Positions 60,657-64,000 of a stretch of 64,000 bases of DNA are shown here, piece by piece. The first letter of the stretch is position 1. The number at the start of each line of letters is the position of its first letter. This DNA comes from Octopus bimaculoides (taxonomy: Eukaryota): the NCBI RefSeq assembly GCF_001194135.2, contig NC_068994.1:4217553-4281552 (forward strand), given 5' to 3'. The notes under the pieces were generated by a model, which worked only from the letters and a program-made list of their open reading frames with translations, was not told the origin of the DNA and did no database searches. Both the position numbers and the translations under genes were made by a program.

Positions 60657-60935
60657 AGTGTGAATTGAGGGAGATTTAGTTGCTATTACTAGTTTGGTTG
60701 AGCGTCGATTGAGGGACTTCATAGAATGCGAATTGAGGGAGATTTGGCTGTTATTTCTAGTTTGGTCAAGTATGAAGATGTTGCTACTATTAAATGCTCA
60801 ATTGAGTGTGAATTGAGGAAAATTCAGCTGCTATTTCTAGTTTGGTCAAGTATATAAATTGAGGGAGATTTGGTTGCTATTTCCAGCTCAGCTGAGTATG
60901 TATTCAGGTAAATTTGGCTGCTGTTTCTTGCAGGT
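60657..60935 (+). repeat. Tandem amplification (4-5 copies) of the family D core GAATTGAGGGAGATTTGGYTGCTATTTCTAG
   Basis: Core recurs here with variable spacers; single copies at ~17325, ~29870, ~33920 and ~56826. Confidence 0.8.
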
Positions 60936-62848
60936 GTGAAGCAGTGTAGCTGTTCATTCAAGCCTAAGCAGGACTCGACAAGGTGGACTTATAATCACAC
61001 AAATCCCAACCACGACCATCCCATCTGTATAAATGTACCTCGGAGTAACTGCATTATTTAATGCTCCTTGTCAGTAGGGGATAATTTGAGGGAGTTCTGA
61101 CTGTTATTTCTTTCAAATGGGCTGGGTGTATAGTCTCTCTCTCTCTCTCTACATATATATATATATATATATATATANNNNNNNNNNNNNNNNNNNNNNN
61201 NNNNNNNNNNNNNNNNNNNNNNNNNNNNNNNNNNNNNNNNNNNNNNNNNNNNNNNNNNNNNNNNNNNNNNNNNNNNNNNNNNNNNNNNNNNNNNNNNNNN
61301 NNNNNNNNNNNNNNNNNNNNNNNNNNNNNNNNNNNNNNNNNNNNNNNNNNNNNNNNNNNNNNNNNNNNNNNNNNNNNNNNNNNNNNNNNNNNNNNNNNNN
61401 NNNNNNNNNNNNNNNNNNNNNNNNNNNNNNNNNNNNNNNNNNNNTCTCTCTCTCTCTCTACATATATATATACACACACATATATACATCAGAGTGGTAG
61501 TGCAGACGATGGCGTTTGTCTTGGTGCAATGGTGGTCATGCAATGTGGTGATGGTGTTGGAGGTGCAGTGTTCTGGGTTGCAGGTGCAGCAATGTGACAA
61601 GTTGCAGCGGAGGGCGGGTGGGGTGGCAATGCAGTATGGTGCGAAGTATGTTAAGGTGTTAGTGGGTGTCGCGGTGGCAGTGTTGGCGGCGGTGTGGTGG
61701 TGGTGGGGGAATATATTGTGTGTTGTGTGCTTGTGGTGGTGTTATGCATGTGTGTGTGTGTGTGTGTGCAGCAGTGTGCTTTGTAAACACAATGAAGCAG
61801 TAGTTTGGTGCCAACCATTCTCTCTACAACAACCCCTCCCCACCATCCTGACAACTACCACCAATACTACTACCACTACTATGACAAACAGTACAATAAA
61901 CACCACCACCACCACCACCGTTACTATCATCATCATCATCATCATAGCCATAACCATTACCAGCACCATCATCATCATAACTGCCACCACCACCGCTGCA
62001 GCCACCCAATGCAGAGCCAAAGTAGGAGAGGGAAATATTTGGTCACATTAATAAGAGAGGTTGTCAAGGATGTACACCACCCACCCTTGCTACTACCCCA
62101 CCCCACCATCTCCACAACTGTAGCAGCAGCAGCAGCAGCAACAACAACAACAACAACAAATTTGGAAATACAATATTCTCTCATTAGTGATGGTAGCAGT
62201 GAATCTATTTATAGCTTTATCTGTTAGTAATGGTATGAAGGGAGTAGTGGTGGTGGTATGATGGTGATGGAGACGGTGGTGGTAGTGGTGGTTGATCATA
62301 GAATTGGTTATCTTGGTGTTGGCAACAATTATAATGATAATGAGGAAGACGATGATGATGATGACAACGATGATGATGATGATGATGTCAACCATGATGA
62401 AGCACAATTCTGATCAAAAACTTCCAACTATGACTAACCCTTCGTTTTTTTTTTCCAGCCACAGTTTACCTCGGTCTGCACAATTCAAATAAGTCTTTTT
62501 TAGTTTTCATTTTGCTTTGAGGCTGTAGAATGAATCCTGAAGGATATTTGACTGTCATTTCTAGCATAAAAGTTTCTTTATTGGCACTAATGATGATGAT
62601 AACAATGATGATTATGACGACAGTTCCTCTTACTTCCAAATCTGAACTAAACAATCCTTGGTCCCTGCTCCCCCCCCCCCCCCCCGCCTGCATCTACTGT
62701 CAGGCCACAGCTGACATTTTTTGTATACCCATTTAGCTTAGAGTGGGTTTGATAGTTCTTCAAATTTATACAACAGAGCCTGGGGAACCAGGTTTTTAAC
62801 CATGTTTTGCATTGATCATGTTTATAGAGAAAGTGGAGATTTCTTTAA

Positions 62849-63074
62849 CCCTTTAGCATATAAAACTGGCCATATTTGGCCCAAATATTTTATGCGTTTT
62901 CTTTTTGGTCCAAATAGGCTAGATCTCACCTCTTACACCAACCCTACAATGTCATTCTAAAAATAGAGAATCACATCATCAAAATCATGAAGTTATGAGA
63001 TAATGCATGATTAATTCAAAGCAATGAGAATAAACAATCATTAACCCAGGCAGAGTTATCTGAATGTCAAAGGG
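62849..63074. mobile_element. Complete piggyBac-like MITE (226 bp) flanked by TTAA
   Basis: TTAA|CCCTTTAGCAT ... ATGTCAAAGGG|TTAA (TTAA at 62845-62848 and 63075-63078); no ORF. Confidence 0.8.
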
Positions 63075-63309
63075 TTAAGTTTATAGTTTCTCAAGTGGCA
63101 GTGAGTCATCTCCAGATGTATACAATACATAACATAGACACGATTAGAACTCTGCACGTTTTCTACCAAGTTATTGTATAGTTTGGCATCAACAATACAA
63201 TTGTAATCCATGATGTGATGGCATACAGCCACTTCTCTTCGTTCCACTTTTCAACTGAGAGGTCTTTGTCTTATGAACTCACATGTGTTAGTGTTAAAAA
63301 AAAAAAAAA

Positions 63310-63465
63310 ACTCTGGTGTTGGCACCATGTAAAAAGCGCCCAGCACACTCTGTAAAGTGGTTGGTGTTAGGAAAGGCATCAAGCTGTAAAGGTCATGCCA
63401 AATCCAGGTCTAACCCTGCTTGCAAGCTCCAGCATGGAAAACCAGACATTAAATGATGATGATGG
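63310..63465 (+). mobile_element. SINE family C copy
   Basis: GTGGTTGGTGTTAGGAAAGGCATCAAGCTGTAAAG...CAGCATGGAAAACCAGACATTAAATGATGATG. Confidence 0.8.
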
Positions 63466-63719
63466 AGACATGCTTGTCTTTTTCTCAACTCAATCTTTAA
63501 TAACAATTTGAGGGATTGTTAGCCAGAACTAGAACATTGGGCAACTTTGAGTTAAGTGCACAATTAAAATAAACATTGAATGAAATGTTTCATTACAGAT
63601 CTGCTTGATTGGGGCAGACCTGGTGTAACTGGCAGCCATAAGACCACTTAGTTGAGTGCAGCATGGAACACTTGACCACAACAAACCAGACTGTCCAGCT
63701 TAGTCTTGTCTACACATTT

Positions 63720-63950
63720 GCAGCAATGGGAGGGTGGGGGTCCTGATTGAGTTACAGGGATGTAAACAAGCCAACACTGGTCATATATATATATATATAT
63801 ATATATACATACGATGGGTTTCTTTCAGTTTCAGTCAACCAAATCCACTTACGAGGCTTTGGTTGGCCTGGGGCCATCATAGCAGACACTTGGCCATGGT
63901 GTCACAGTGTGGGACTGAACCAAGAACTATGTGGTTATGAATCAAACTTA
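63720..63950 (-). mobile_element. SINE family A copy
   Basis: (TA)n then TTTCTTTCAGTTTCAGTCAACCAAATCCACTTAC...GGGACTGAACC. Confidence 0.75.
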
Positions 63951-63956
63951 CTATTT

Positions 63957-64000
<44 letters not shown>

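Noticed and set aside
61125-61480. Apparent direct repeat (TC)n-TA-CA-(TA)n on both sides of a gap; likewise ACCTTGACTGGCTCCCATG around 50657-50666
   Set aside because: Probably overlapping contig ends or unresolved repeat units at scaffold gaps.

Overview
AT-rich, microsatellite- and SINE-laden animal genomic DNA from a gapped draft assembly (10 N-gaps). The repeat content and clustered single-exon C2H2 zinc-finger genes suggest a coleoid cephalopod such as Octopus; this is inference, not a database match. Four intact C2H2-ZNF ORFs are present: ZNF-A (+, 3827-6148, 15 fingers), ZNF-B (-, 13723-14868, 4 fingers), ZNF-C (-, 25873-27090, 4 intact plus 1 degenerate finger) and ZNF-D (-, 53316-55292, 13 fingers). 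ZNF-A and ZNF-D are clear paralogues facing tail to tail. They share a fossil-finger N-terminal motif, an alternating R/Q finger code and an unnamed C-terminal motif with a TPxx[ST] site. The intergenic DNA holds at least four SINE-like families, relics of RTE- and RLE-type LINEs, a mariner remnant, a piggyBac-like MITE and several minisatellites. The most unexpected elements are: a minimal hammerhead-ribozyme-like motif with a perfect 21-nt antisense 'lock' in the presumed ZNF-C 3'UTR; a hairpin element built around telomeric repeats; a 144-bp foldback; and candidate antisense exons interleaved with the cluster. Repeat boundaries are approximate (read by eye).
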